NCBI GenBank assembly: GCA_964016885.1
Contig: CAXHJY010000804.1
Location: 1 to 64,000 of the forward strand
DNA length: 64,000 nt
From: Eledone cirrhosa
Taxonomy: Eukaryota
Direction of reading: 5' to 3'
A program made the position numbers and the translations under genes. The notes under the pieces are model-generated. The model saw only the letters and a program-made list of their open reading frames with translations. It did no database searches and was not told where the DNA came from. Numbering within the stretch: the first letter of the stretch is position 1; each line of letters opens with the position of its first letter. Shown one piece after another: positions 47,790 to 63,592 of this stretch.

Positions 47790-48720
47790 TTAGATGTAAC
47801 CGTTGTTGTGACTCTCTGGTAATTGTGGCATATACCATATATTACCAGTTGTGACATTCTGGTAATTGTGGCATATAGCAGATGTTACCAGTTGTGATAT
47901 TCTGGTAATTGAGGTATATACCAGATGTTACCGGTTGTGACATTCTAATAATTGTGGCATATACAAGATGTTACCAGTTGTGACAATATGGTGATAATTA
48001 CATACACCAGATACAACTAGTTGGGACACTGTGGTAATAGACGAACACACCAGATGTGATACTGTGGTAATGGTCACATGCAGCAAATCTAACCAGATGT
48101 GACACTGTGGTAAGGGTTATATATACCAGATGTAACCAGATGTGACATTGTCGTAATGGTAACATACCAGATGTAACTAGTTGTGACATTGTGGTAATTG
48201 TTACATACACCAGATGTAGCCAGTTGTCACACTGTAGTAATGGTTACATACAGCAGATGTAACCAGATGTGACATTGTCGTAATGGTAACATACCAGATG
48301 TAGCCAGTTGTGACACTGTAGTAATGGTTACATCAAGCAGATGTAACCAGATGTGACATTGTCGTAACGGTAACATACCAGATGTAACTAGTTGTGACAT
48401 TGTGATAATGGTTACATACACCAGATGTAGCCAGTTGTGACACTGTAGTAATGGTTACATACAGCAGATGTAACCAGATGTGACATTGTCGTAATGGTAA
48501 CATACCAGATGTAACCAGATGTGACATTGTCGTAATGGTAGCATACCAGATGTAGCCAGTTGTGACATTGTCGTAATGGTAACATACCAGATGTAGCCAG
48601 TTGTGACATTGTCGTAATGGTAACATACCAGATGTAGCCAGTTGTGACACTGTGATAATGGGTCAGCATACCAGGTATAACCAGTTGTGACACTGGTAAT
48701 AGTTACATACACCAGATGTA
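47790..48720. repeat. Minisatellite, ~41-43 bp unit
   Basis: ccagatgt(a)gccagttgtgacattgtcgtaatggtaacata repeated about 20 times. Confidence 0.9.
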
Positions 48721-48813
48721 TTCACTATACACAAACATATACATATACTCACACACACTCTCACTCGTTTATATATATACATTTTCTATCTATCTACCTT
48801 ATCTCTCATCTCC

Positions 48814-48934
<121 letters not shown>

Positions 48935-49433
48935 CTGGCTCGTTAATTTATTAACCTGCCATAGAACCACATTGCCATACGGTTGGATAATACATGTGTC
49001 CCTATATGTATTTTGTATGTAGGGATACATACTTTATTATTATTAATCTCCCCTGGTCGAGATAATATTTTGGTCGTTTTAACTGCTGCTATTTCTAGTG
49101 GCAGTAGATTGACCTTTCCGCCTCTGCCTTCTATCTTTACACACGGCACTGGACAGAATTGCTTCTTCATCATACACTCTCATCTCGGGGACAATTTTGA
49201 ATAGCGCCAGTTCGTGATTTGAACTCGGGAATTTTATATTCTCCGAGCGAAAAGAACCCTCTGACGAGAGTCTTCCTTTTCAATGGATTTCCGCATGGAT
49301 TATCCATTTATTTTGAGACTTGAAATCGTATGATAAGGGTAATTACAGCAGGTACAGTGAACTTTTTAAAATTTATTTTAAAACTTTTTCTTATTTGCTA
49401 AACCTTGATTATATATATATATATATATATATA

Positions 49434-50966
49434 TATTATGAATAAAATAACAGGAGGCTGGACTGGTGTAAATCCTTGAAAAGTTTATTATACTATGATC
49501 ATTTCAATGACCGGGTTCCGTATGAATCCGGTGATATCATCAGGTATTCGAAATATAACAAAGGAATATATAAAGATCCATGGGTCCGAAAATCAGAGAC
49601 AGAGAGGACGACTGACCAACTAGCTGTTTTCACCTCGGTCAGTCTCCCTCAAGTGATGGCTATTCGGTCTACTAATGACCATCTGGTGAAGGGGCGAAGG
49701 CTTATAGTGTTCTACCACCTCTCCGTCAGAGAATAAAAAAAGAGAAGAAAGAAAGAGGAAAAGTCAGCGTAAGAGATCACACTACAGTCAGGCAAGAAAA
49801 CGCCGCGAAAAATGTTATTCCAAAGAACCTATATTTTAACAAAGGCATATATAATGGGTATCTGTGTGGTCAAATGTATGAACAGAAAATTGGAACGTTA
49901 ACTCATGTTAAGAGTTAAAGGATGAAATTAAATTAAAAGTTAAAAAATTAAGAGTTAAAAGAAAAGAAATTAAAAAAAAAATTAGAAAATTAATAGAAAA
50001 TGAAAGGTTTGTGTTGCGGGATTTATTTAATGAAACTACAGAGAGAGTCTTATATGAAAAGGTTTAAGTGTATTATTGGGAATCCCTATAAGTTATCAAG
50101 GTGGGATATAGAGTAAAGATTAAAGCCTTCGATTGTAAATCCCAGCCAGAACATCCTAACCACGTGTCAGCCAGTTTCGAGTGGTATCGTCTAGCGAAAG
50201 AAATGGAAATTAATTTTTCAGAGTACTCTAGGAACGTGACTGCCATAGGCTTCGGGTGTGCTAGCGGGAAGTCTACCATCTTCGACAGGCCATCGTCTAT
50301 ACCAAACGAATACTATTAATTCACACAGGAGGGGTTTATTTATGTGCCAGTAGAGGGAGGCATGATACAGCCAACAGTTATGCCTAAGCCCAGAGTTTAT
50401 AGGTATAAGTATAATATGGCGGTCAAAACAGGCGGCGCGGCGGGCTCCGGGGCAAATCCAACCGTTCCGAGTAATTTCATTTACCGAAAAAGGGGAAATT
50501 TATTTTTCCAAGCACTCAAGGAAGGCTGAACTTTCCGAGCACCCGGTGCACAACCGGGAAAGCCACCACATCAGTCGAAAGTGGTAAAACCCGGTAGACC
50601 GAATAGCCATCACTTGAGGGCGACTGACCGAGGTGAAAACAGCTAGTTGGTCAGTCGTCCTCTCTGTCTCTGATTTACGGACCCATGGACTTTTATATAT
50701 TTCGAATACCTGATGATATCACCGGATTCATACGGAACCCGGTCATTGAAATGATCATAGTATAATAAACTTTTCAAGGATTTACACCAGTCCAGCCTCC
50801 TGTGATTTTATTCATAATAATTAACTCCGTATTCGCACCACCATCTACACAAACGAAGACGGGTGAACTGCACTACGTTGAGTACTTTCCATAATATTGC
50901 ATCAAGATTGACCATACGGAATGACCAATTCTATCAGGTGGTGAACCAACAAACCTAAATAAATAA

Positions 50967-50970
<4 letters not shown>
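49434..50970 (+). mobile_element. 1.5-kb element with ~230 bp inverted hammerhead-bearing repeats and a 3' tail (Penelope pLTR-like)
   Basis: 49434-49672 is the reverse complement of 50594-50819. The interior is unique, the tail is 50820-50970, and both flanks are (TA)n. Confidence 0.75.
50706..50763 (+). ncRNA. Type I hammerhead ribozyme
   Basis: atac CTGATGA tatcaccggattcatacggaacccggtcatt GAAA tgatca TA gtat, with palindromic AUGAUCAU. A mirror copy lies on the minus strand at about 49490-49547. Confidence 0.75.
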
Positions 50971-51045
<75 letters not shown>

Positions 51046-51074
51046 TATATATATACATATATATATATATACAC

Positions 51075-51110
<36 letters not shown>

Positions 51111-51129
51111 ATGTGTATATATATATAAA

Positions 51130-51204
<75 letters not shown>

Positions 51205-51456
51205 ATAAATGACTATATATAAATATAAATATATATTATATATATATAAATGAATATATATATATATATTATAACACTAGAGAACGGCATGAATGCGTCA
51301 TAATCCCCCTTTCACTTTCCATGTAAATCTGTGTGATTATTTCTAACCAATCAACTTGATATACTTACTCAGATTTACTCATTCCCTGACACAAAACATT
51401 TCGTCTGTATGACAACATTTATGGTGATGTAATACAGTCTTTCTCTCTCTCTCTCT

Positions 51457-51527
<71 letters not shown>

Positions 51528-52428
51528 TCTCTCTCTCTCTCTTTCTCTCAGTCTCTTTTTTTTTTCCATTTTTTCAATAAATTGATGTCATACAATCTCT
51601 GTATGGCTGTCTCTCTTTCTCTCTTTGCCCCTCTCTTTGCTTTTTTCTTTCTTTCTCCCACTCTCCCTCTCTCTCTCTCTCTCTGTCTGTTTTTCTCTGC
51701 CTCACTCTTTCTCTCAATTTCTCTCTGTCTCCATTTTTTTCACTAAACTTATGTATCAAACTTACTGATTTCTCTATGGACGCCATGTCACAAAGGTTTA
51801 CGTTCTACTTTGTTAAGAAATCGATTTTGTTTAGGTTTAATCAAAACGATATAAACCTTCTAATTACTTACGATTGATTATATTCAAGCTTTATATTTTT
51901 ATCAATAACACCATCTCGATATTTTTTCAATGATAAATAATAAGTTTTTTTCTTTCCTTTCTATTGTAAAACAAAACCGGTTAACTTTCGTTGAAAATCA
52001 TTCGATTTTATTATTTTTTTAGTTTTCATAATGAGTCAAATGTAGTTGAAAGATAATAATCGTAATGGAAATCAAAGATTATTTATTTAAAGGAAATAAA
52101 AAAAGATGGGAGAAATTGAAGACTGGAAGCAGACGACAGCTGAGCTAATCCAATGATTCTATTGAAAAGTGGAAAATATCTATTCATCGCTTGTTTTCTT
52201 GAATTGATGAATTTCATTATCCCGTTGACTCACTGATGAAGCAAGCAACAGGTTTAATAGAGATGGTAGTGGCGGTGGTGGTGGTGGTGGTGGTGGTGTG
52301 GGGGAGCAGTTTATTATCTACTCATACACACAACACATGACACACGCACACAACTCGTATGACACGCACACATATATACATAAAAAATACGCGCGCATAC
52401 ACACACACACATATATATATACATACAT

Positions 52429-52463
<35 letters not shown>

Positions 52464-53096
52464 CACAAATATATATGTATGTATAAAGTTGTGTGTAACA
52501 AACACACATATACATACACTTAACACAGATATATCTTATATATCTTATATATATATATCAATGTGTAACATGTATACCCCGGAAATAATGTAGATGGGAA
52601 ATTTTTTAACTAAATGAGTTTTCATAATAAAGGAATCGTGTAATGGAATTGGTAGCTTTTGAAATAATCCTTTATTCAAGAAGATCTGTTTACTAAACAG
52701 AACAATAAATAATAAAAGATGTGTGTTTTTTGTGTGTGTTGTGTGTTTCGTGTGTATTTTGTGTGTGTTCTTTATGTGTTTTTCTATTTTTTGCGTATGT
52801 TTTTTTTTTGTGGGATTTTTACAAAAAAAAGGAAAAAACGAAAAGACATTGTAGAAAAGTTTAATTAGAAAAAAAAAAAAAATTGATATAAGTTACAACG
52901 GCGATGTCATCATATATTGTTGTCTAAATATATTGAGAACGGAGAGGAGGTTGTGGGTGTAGTGGCGTAGTGGTGGTGTGCATGGCTTCTGGGAATATGT
53001 TGGTAGTAGGGTGAGAGTGAAGGTGGGGGAAGATGATGAGGAAGGTATATTGATGATAAGGTCGGTGAATGGCATATGGGCTTTATGGGTATGAGT

Positions 53097-53128
<32 letters not shown>

Positions 53129-53142
53129 GTATGTATATACAA

Positions 53143-53178
<36 letters not shown>

Positions 53179-53226
53179 ATATTCATATGTATACATAGAT
53201 ATATAAATAAATATCTATATCTATAT

Positions 53227-53438
<212 letters not shown>

Positions 53439-53647
53439 GTTTACCCTAATAATTATATGTATATATATATATATATGCGCGTGTGTATAATCACACAAAC
53501 ATATATTAGTGTACATTTGAGCTTACAGACATGAAAAAGAGTTAAATTATTCATTATAAAGCCGTGTGACTACTCAGAGTTTGTCCTCGTCTACATGCAA
53601 TCTCATTATATATCTATAGATATATATATATATGTATACATATGTAC

Positions 53648-53741
<94 letters not shown>

Positions 53742-53743
<2 letters not shown>

Positions 53744-53932
53744 AACCAGTAAGACCCCGACAGCTGAGCTCAAGCCGTTTCGACGGCTAATTCTGGGCTA
53801 GAATTAGCCGTCGAAACGGCTTGAGCTCAGCTGTCGGGGTCTTACTGGTTCCTATTACCCACTCTACTACCTCAAGTATTGAGTACTTTGGTGCGTTATG
53901 GTCCACCTGGTTCCTTACCACATTTCCTTCGT

Positions 53933-53933
<1 letters not shown>
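53742..53933 (+). mobile_element. Short fold-back element, family H (7 copies in the window)
   Basis: Palindrome ggaaccag..gttcc plus an invariant ~80 bp tail, always in (TA)n. Other copies: 25838-25990, 27457-27667 and 63591-63739 (+); 40548-40665, 42190-42324 and 43930-44064 (-). It contains the 3' half of a hammerhead (GAAAcggc..gctgTC gggg). Confidence 0.8.
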
Positions 53934-53973
<40 letters not shown>

Positions 53974-54133
53974 ACAAACATTTCTGCGCGTGTGTGTGTA
54001 TGTTTGTAGACACACGTATAATTTAATTTACTTAGTGAATAATTTAGTAAATGGTAAGGAATGGACCGGATTCTGAGGATTGCCGTCCTAATTGATCAGA
54101 TGACTCATTCTATGGTCGACAAATGAGAGCAAG

Positions 54134-54172
<39 letters not shown>

Positions 54173-54249
54173 GATAGAGATAGACAGTAAAGAATGTTTT
54201 ATATTTTATATATATATATATATAACATTCTTTACTGTCTATCTCTATC

Positions 54250-54297
<48 letters not shown>

Positions 54298-54397
54298 TAT
54301 GTATGTGAATATATGTGCGATGGTTAGATATTTAGGTGGACAAATGAGCAATATATCTATATCTATATATCTATATATATATATATATATATCTATA

Positions 54398-54644
<247 letters not shown>

Positions 54645-54657
54645 TTAATATAGAAGA

Positions 54658-54706
54658 GATTCTACAGGACTAGAACTGTTTCATTCATTAGAAATCATCA
54701 GGAATC
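54658..54706 (-). ncRNA. Type I hammerhead ribozyme in fold-back element 54641-54835
   Basis: Minus strand: gattc CTGATGA t ttc taat gaa t GAAA cag ttctagtc ctg TA gaatc. All three stems are present and the cleavage triplet is GUA. Confidence 0.8.
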
Positions 54707-54833
54707 TTGATGATTTCTAATGAATGAAACAGTTCTAGTCCTGTAGAATCTCTTCTATATTAAAACTGTTATACTCTGCTATGTATTGAGTACCTTACTT
54801 ACTGTGGTTACCTCCGATTCAACCCGGAATAAC

Positions 54834-54913
<80 letters not shown>

Positions 54914-55048
54914 TAGATATATATATATATGACTGCCTTTACTGATTCACTTACATAGTAACTACATTCTGTCTGTCGGTTTCTTTCTAATATTCTGAGG
55001 AAACACGCACACACACATACAATACACACATACACACATGCACTAATG

Positions 55049-55246
<198 letters not shown>

Positions 55247-55303
55247 AGTGTGAGTGCGTGTATGTATGAGTGTGTGAGTGTGTATGTAAATATATATATA
55301 TAT

Positions 55304-55520
55304 CGACCCCAGTACTTTACTGGTACCTAGTTTTATCGATCTCGGAAGGATTATAGGCAAAGTCGACCTCGGTAGTATTTGAAACTGGAATGTAGAATGG
55401 CTGTAACGAAATAGTGGAATGTATTTCATTCGACACTCAGAGTGTCTTGCTCAAGGACATAATCTCTCGCCAGGAATAGAACATACTAATCGAACACTTT
55501 AACCATTAAACCACACGCCG
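55304..55520 (-). mobile_element. Partial SINE A followed by a degenerate SINE B head
   Basis: tcgaccccagtact..ggcaaagtcgacctcgg, then gtgtcttgctcaaggacat..aaccattaaaccacacgcc. Confidence 0.6.
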
Positions 55521-55699
55521 TCTCAGTCAAAACATACAGGAAAGAGAATAAGGAATCTTTTTGCCAGACCGTCAGTGGGAGATATAAAAAGAAAAAAAAA
55601 AAACAGTGTAAATGTATCTGATCAATATGGCCGCCGAATGGATGTCGTTGTACATTGTAAGGATCTTGTCTATAAAGACTAGATTGAAACTGACTACAG

Positions 55700-56000
55700 C
55701 TGCATGTGACTGGGCCCCATTGGCTTGTATGTCCCTAACAATACTGATCATATATCGATTTACCAGGGATCGCATGTGTTTGTGTGACCCCACTAGTATT
55801 GATCACAGCTAGATCAGTAGGGATCGCATGTGTCTGTGTCCCTGAAATAACTGACCACACACAGATCTATAAAGGTTAGTAATTGTTCGTGTGACCCATC
55901 TCTACTGATTACAAGCAGATCTACGAGGGACCGTGTGTGTTCGTGTGTCCCCATCTCTACTGATCACAAATAGATCTACGAGGGACCGCATGTGTTTGAT
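55700..56000. repeat. Degenerate tandem repeat, ~50 bp unit
   Basis: ctactgatcaca..agatctacgagggaccg..tgtgt recurs. Confidence 0.65.
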
Positions 56001-56108
56001 TGGACCTGACAAGACTACCAAAGACAAGCGCCAACCTCTTGGTGGACCCCTTTGCCAAGATTTTAAAATTCTGTGTTGTGCAAAGTTATGGATCTGAAGT
56101 TGTTTATT
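56000..56108 (-). pseudogene. Degenerate fragment of the Tx1-like RT
   Basis: gacaagcgccaacctctt..gccaagattttaaaattctgtgtt..agttatgg resembles 7300-7390 (the NFRPITLLNTEFKILAK..KRLALV region). Confidence 0.6.
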
Positions 56109-56339
56109 ATACATCCGAACATGCCCCTATACAGCTGGGGCCGGCCCTACACCTCGTCTCCAGACCATCAGATGTATCACTACACCTCAGCTCTGGATTA
56201 TCAGTCGTGTTACTACACCTCGGCCCCGGACCAACAATAGTATCATTACACCTCAGCAAACGCCACAGCGATGAAATGTTGCATTGGATAATGATAATGA
56301 TGATAATGATGATGATGATGATGATAATAACAATAATAA

Positions 56340-56696
56340 AGGTTTCTGATTTCGGCACAAGGCCAGCAATTTTTGGTGGGGAGGGAAAAGTCGATTAAAT
56401 CGACCCCAGTACATTACTGGTACTTTATTTTATCGCCCCCCGTAAGGATGAAAGGCAAAGTTAACCTGGGCGGGATTTGAACTCAGAACGTAGAGCTATA
56501 ATAAAAATAATTGTTTCTACTATTGGCACAAGGCCAGCAATTACCCAGTACATTACTGGTACTTTATTTTATCGACCCCGTAAGGATGAAAGGCAAAGTT
56601 AACCTCGGCGGGATTTGAACTCAGAATGGCAAGGGCCGTAACTCTATGCGTCAAATATGGCGTCCGACCCTCTACCGATACTGCCAATCCACTGCC
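56340..56696 (-). mobile_element. Two SINE family A copies
   Basis: Reverse copies at about 56340-56495 (long variant, truncated) and 56508-56696. Confidence 0.82.
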
Positions 56697-57230
56697 ATAA
56701 TAAAAATAATAACAACAATAATAATAACAACGTCGACGACGACGACGGCGACGATGATGATGATGATGACGGTGATAATAATAATTGTAACAATAATGAC
56801 TGTCAGTTGATTACTAATATTTATAGGAGAATTGTTCTTCTTTTTATTCTTCTTCTCCTTATCATTATTATAATAATAAATATTTTCCCCCCATTCTCTC
56901 GCTTAGCTGGAAGATAACGATATGAAATTAAATTGTTTGCAAATTATTTCTGCTCAACAATATGGAATTCAGCACGCCGAGAAAATTGTTATTTCTGGAA
57001 TAATAACATCGCTTGGAATATTGAAAAAAATCCAAGCAAGCGTAATGATAACTTATAAAGGAATATGGTAAACATTGAGAGAGAAGAAAAAAATATAATA
57101 ATAGTATGCAATAAAAATATGGATGATAATAATATTTATAATAATGATAATAATGATAATAATAATATTTATTTAAAACATGATGAGAACAGGTATAACA
57201 GAAGAGAGACGACAGAAGAAGAAGAAGAAG

Positions 57231-57262
<32 letters not shown>

Positions 57263-57680
57263 GAAAAAGTCTTCCATTCTTCTTCTTCTTCTTCTTCTTC
57301 TTCTTCTTCTTCTTCTTCTTCTTCTCCCGTTAGTATCTAATGTGGCGGCTTTCATCTTTTCTTGTGATAGTCTCTTCCTTTCTCTGATTTTTCATTTTTA
57401 CATTTCTTTGTTCACATCCCCCCCCCCCCACATATATATATATATATTTATATATAAATATATATATATATATATGTATGTATGTTTTTAGATATATGTG
57501 GGTGTGGGTGTCTATGTATGTAGAGTCTTAAATAGTTTCACAAAGGCACACACATGTACATATATATATATATATATATACACACACATACACACATATA
57601 TGTATATATATACACATGCATCATATATAGACACACACACACACATATACATTTATACATACTTACATATATATATATAT

Positions 57681-57739
<59 letters not shown>

Positions 57740-58584
57740 CTTACATACATATATACATACATATACATACCTATATACATACATACGTACATACATACAT
57801 ATGATGGCAGGCATAATTTTACTGGTAATTTCCTTGCTCCCTACAAAAATCCAACTCCTTTTCCAAGGATTAATTATGCCCCTTTCCTTTAAGTTTTTTT
57901 TTTTTCACTAAACCACCACCATTACATTAACCGCCACCATCATCACCACCATCACTACCACCACCACCACTACTAACTACTACATCCTCACATGAACCAC
58001 CACCAACAAAAACACCACCATCACCAACACCACTTTCACCAACACCATTAACTACTATACCCTTACATCAACCACCATCATCACCACCACCACCATCACC
58101 ACCACCACCACCACCACTATCTACACCCTTAAATCAACCACCACCACAACCACCACCACCACTAACTACTACACCCTTACATCAACCACCCTTATACGCC
58201 GCCCACTACAATCGTTCGACTATAATTTTCTCTACCGCCATTTTTTTTTTATCCTTGTCATCCTGCCTCACTCACACTCTCACACACACTCTCTCTCTCC
58301 TACATCATACACCCTATCATTTTCGGTCCAGTCCCCTAGCCAAGCTACAATTATTTTACTGAGGCTTGCTCATTACACTGCTATCATTTTAACTGCAGCC
58401 TTCTTCATTTACTTCAAGTTGTCCCTACAACAATAAACACAATAACGAAAAAATGGCGGCCGAGTTCGTTTTTTTTTTGCGTTCGTTTGTTTGTTTGTTT
58501 TTGTTTTGTTGTTTCGCTGAAGACACTTTTCTTACACAAGAACAAACAGGGAGGAAGGAAAGTGTGGCTGCTGTTGAAATATCA

Positions 58585-58662
<78 letters not shown>

Positions 58663-58723
58663 CCCCCCCTCTCCCTCCCTCTGTCAGTCTTTCTTTATCT
58701 CTATCTATCTATCTATCTATCTT

Positions 58724-58770
<47 letters not shown>

Positions 58771-59449
58771 CACCCCATCTCTCTCACTCTATCTCTCACA
58801 CACTCTCAGACACACACACATACACGCACGCACACACACACACACATATATATATATATAGGTAAAATATATATGTATGTATAATTATATTTATTTATCT
58901 CTCTCGCAATATACATATATATTTATACACACATACACACACACACACACAACACAAACATACATACATCTATATATGTATATATATATATATGTATATA
59001 TTTATATATCTATATGTACGTGCCTTTCTCTTTCTACATATATGTTTGTGTGTGTGTAAAAACGTGTGTCTGTGTGGGTGTGTGTGTGTGTGTGTGAGTA
59101 TGCGTCCCCAGCAGGTCTGTATTTATATTCACCACACCACGCCTTCCTTTTAAAAAGTCAACTTCATATTCTATGTGGTCACTTGTAAAAGTTCTCATCA
59201 TCCGTCATCCCTTTCATCAACTTTATATCTTTATATCTCTACTACCGATCATTTAAAAACCGACGCCATATTTTTTGTTGTTGTTGTCGTGAGTGTGCTA
59301 TTTGCTATTGTTGATGTTGTTGTTGTTGTTGTCGTTGTTCATTTATTGATATGTCTTTATGTCTTTATCATTTGTATTGTTTTCTTTTTTTTTTCACGAA
59401 GATTATATACATTTATATGAACAATGACAAAAGCTTTTTTTTAATGACA

Positions 59450-59517
<68 letters not shown>

Positions 59518-59592
59518 GTATAAGCATTATATATATATATGTATATATATATATATGTATATGCATTATATATATCTCTCTCTATATATATA

Positions 59593-59641
<49 letters not shown>

Positions 59642-60088
59642 ATATGTACATATATGTATATATATATGTATATATATATATGTATATATGTATATTTTTA
59701 TATATATGTGTATATATATGTATATTTATATATATATATGTATTTGTGTGTGTATATATATATATACACACACATACATATACATATATGTGTATATTCA
59801 TGGCTTAATATTCGGTCTTTATATTTTTATATTACAACTAATAGTTTCGCCCTTACGTGACTCTATAGTCGTGAAAGGGCAAGACTAATTGTGGTAGTGT
59901 ACAGAAGAGTATATCTAGCTATTAATAATAAAAAATCTATAAAAATTCTATAGAACTCCACAAATTAGCATCGGGTTCCTTTTGCATAATATTGCCGTGT
60001 AATTCTTGTGTTCCATCTCAACGGTTTTTGATTCTACTGATGGATGAAGCCTCAGTATATATATATGTGTGTGTGTGAGAGAGAGAGA

Positions 60089-60195
<107 letters not shown>

Positions 60196-60438
60196 CATCC
60201 ATCTATCTATCTACCTACCTATCTATCTATCTACTTATCTAGCTAGCGAGCTGGCTATCATTCACACAAAACCATCTCTCATCCCGTTGCTTTAATCCAG
60301 ACTCAATTTGTTCGAAGACTTCAATTATAATTTTCAATCATCAGAAAAACGCTTTATAATTTGTCATCATCATCGTCATCATCATCATCGTCATCATCAT
60401 CGTCATCATCATCATCGTCATCATCATCATCGTCATCG

Positions 60439-60472
<34 letters not shown>

Positions 60473-60559
60473 TATCATCGTCAAAGTCGTTGTCGTCATC
60501 ATCATCATCAACATCATCAGCATGATCATCATCATTTTTTTTTTCTTCTCAGCTGAGCA

Positions 60560-60830
60560 ACTTCGCCTTGTATCCATCCTTCTGACGTCGGAAATAACAT
60601 ACCAGTAACGTACTTGGGTCAATTTAATCGACTTCGCCATCCCTTTCTAATTGCTGGCCTTGTTCCTAAATCAGAAACCATTATTAAATCCCGCCAAGGT
60701 TGGCTTTTCCTTTCATCCTTACGGGGCCGATACAATAAAGTACCAGTAACGAACTGGGGGTCGATTTATTCGACTTTCCCCTCCCGCCAAAATTGCTGGC
60801 CTTGTACCTAAAGTAGAAACAATTATTATC
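60560..60830 (+). mobile_element. Two tandem partial SINE A (long-variant) copies
   Basis: catcctt..taccagtaacg..ttgctggccttg..cctaaa occurs twice, between (CAT)n tracts. Confidence 0.6.
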
Positions 60831-60927
60831 ATATTCATCATCATCACCGTCATCATCATCATCACCGTCATCATCATCATCACCGTCATCATCACCGTCA
60901 TCATCATCACCGTCATCATCATCATCG

Positions 60928-60972
<45 letters not shown>

Positions 60973-61013
60973 CTATCATCATCATTACCACCACCATCAC
61001 CAACACCACCAAC

Positions 61014-61047
<34 letters not shown>

Positions 61048-61412
61048 TCATCATCATAGTCGTTAGTTTTGTTGTTGTTGCTGTTGTATCTACTGTCTCC
61101 CCATTTGGTTGGTAATCAGCCGACATTGGTTTTGTTTTCTTGCTGTTTATTTACTTATTTGTTTTGTTTATTTTTCTTTATTTCAATCATTTGGACAGCA
61201 AATGAAAATTTTTTTGAAAAAAAAATTCTAAACAAAATAGACAAGTGTGGAAAAAATTAGAGACATTTTCTCTCCCTTTCTTTCCCCCTCACTCTCTCTC
61301 TCCTCTCCCTCCCCCATCTCTCTCTCTCTCTTTTCCCAGTGAAGCTGGGTAGACAATATAAAAACATTTAGATGCATTTAAAAAATATATATATTTTTTG
61401 TTAAAAATAAAC

Positions 61413-61446
<34 letters not shown>

Positions 61447-61462
61447 GTATATATATATATAT

Positions 61463-61521
<59 letters not shown>

Positions 61522-62164
61522 ATGATAAAAAAGATAAATCGGAAATTTGTTCGTATAGCGAAAGAATGTTTTATTGAGAAACTGAAAAAATTAGATGATT
61601 TTCTTGGGTAAATAAATCGATAGAATAAAATTGTTCAGGGTTTCGTCTATGTATGTATGTATGTATGTATGTATGTATGTATGTATGTATCTATGTATGT
61701 ATGTTTGTATGTATGTATGTATGCATGTATGTATGCATGATGTATGTATGTGTATGTGCATGTATGTATGTGTGTGTATGAAGGTATGGATGTGTATGAA
61801 TGTTTGTGTGTAAGTGTATATATATATATATATATACATACATATACATATATACACTTATACATATACAATATACACACACATATGAATGAAAGCATTA
61901 GAAATAATTAAACTGCCTTCGTTTACAACAGGTAAATCTTGAAAAATAAAGTGATTGATACAGTCTAAAAGTTTCACCAATATTTCAAACTATCGACCTT
62001 TTTCTCCCCATATCGATCTCATTCTGAAGGTTTCCCGGATTTGTTTTTTTAAAAACAGATCTCTTTCTATCAATCTCAATAAATATCTTCAGTCTGTTTT
62101 CGTTTCAGAGTTGTGTGCTGATCCTCAGATTTATATACAAAACAGGTCAGTTGTGTGTATATGT

Positions 62165-62225
<61 letters not shown>

Positions 62226-63393
62226 TATAGCTGTAACATTTAAATTCATTCGATTTCAAGGTTCAGTATGAGTCGTTGAGTTGATTTGAATTAATTTACA
62301 TCAATATGGCTTCGAAGCCTTCTGCAAATTCTTAGATGGAATTGGTTCTAATTGTTATCCATATTCTACCTACCTAGCTACCTCTAAGAATTCCCTCAAT
62401 CTCGTTCCCTTTCATATATATATATATATATACATATTTATATTTACATTACTGTGTGCGTATATATGTATATATGTATATATATATATGAATCCCTATT
62501 TTTTCAAGTTTTCATTGTTCTGTATCGTGTGGTTTATTTCTGTTCATTTTAAACACACACACATATATATATTTGTATATATATAGTTTACCTGAAGGGA
62601 CCTTAAACAAATATTTCATCGTGGCCGCCACCCAACCCCAACCCCTAAACCTCCGGATTTCCGATTTTCCAAATTAATTTCTTTAAGTCTGTATCGGTAC
62701 GGAATTTGATGAAAAAAATTGAGGAAATTGGTAATATGCAAATATGCAATTATGTCACCTGACCTTTCACTCCGTCACTTCCTGTCACATCAGGTTATTA
62801 ATATTACAGTATTATCTATCAGTAGCACAAGAACGGTGGGTTTGCAGCAATCGGTAGAGTGTCGGACATCATGTGAGGTATAATGGGGTGGGTGGTCAGG
62901 AGGAGAGAATTGGCATGTGGTGGAACAGGGTGGGTGGTCTGGACGAGAAGAGGTGGTGATGCAGAACGGGATGGATGGTCTGGGGGTGAGGCGGAGCGGG
63001 GTGAGTGGTCTGGACGAGAGAGGTGGTGGGGTGAAGTGTGGAAGAGCAGGGTGGAGCGGGGTGTGTGGTATTCACAATAAAAATTCCAGATAAATCGGTT
63101 AACTAGTTAATAAGGATTAATTAAAGTTGCATTATAATAAGCATCATTTAAGACAGGGTCAAAACCTACAGCGTCCAGGTTAACTAAGTGGACATATGGA
63201 CATAGGCAACATCAGTGTATGTGTCAACTAAATGGTCCGGCCACTAATTAACTTCGGACATATTGAATAAAATTCCACCATTTTCACATCTCTAACAATG
63301 ATACTAACTGACCAGACATACTGGCCTAAATTTCACTGCCCCGAAAATAGCCAATAAATTAAGAATGGTATACACACACGCACACAAACACAG

Positions 63394-63473
<80 letters not shown>

Positions 63474-63538
63474 ACACACAGAGAGAGACACACTCACAGA
63501 GACAAACACAGTCATGCAAGTACACACACCTGTATATG

Positions 63539-63592
<54 letters not shown>

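Noticed and set aside
47790-48720. CRISPR-like array
   Set aside because: The units are contiguous degenerate tandem repeats without unique spacers. The context is eukaryotic and no cas genes are present.
49261-49290. CTGACGA as another hammerhead core
   Set aside because: No stem II or GAAA follows at a suitable distance.
51574-51786. ORF MASIEKSVSLIHKF.. as the Shox first coding exon
   Set aside because: It shows no recognisable similarity to Shox N-termini, runs into (GA)n and has no convincing donor site.
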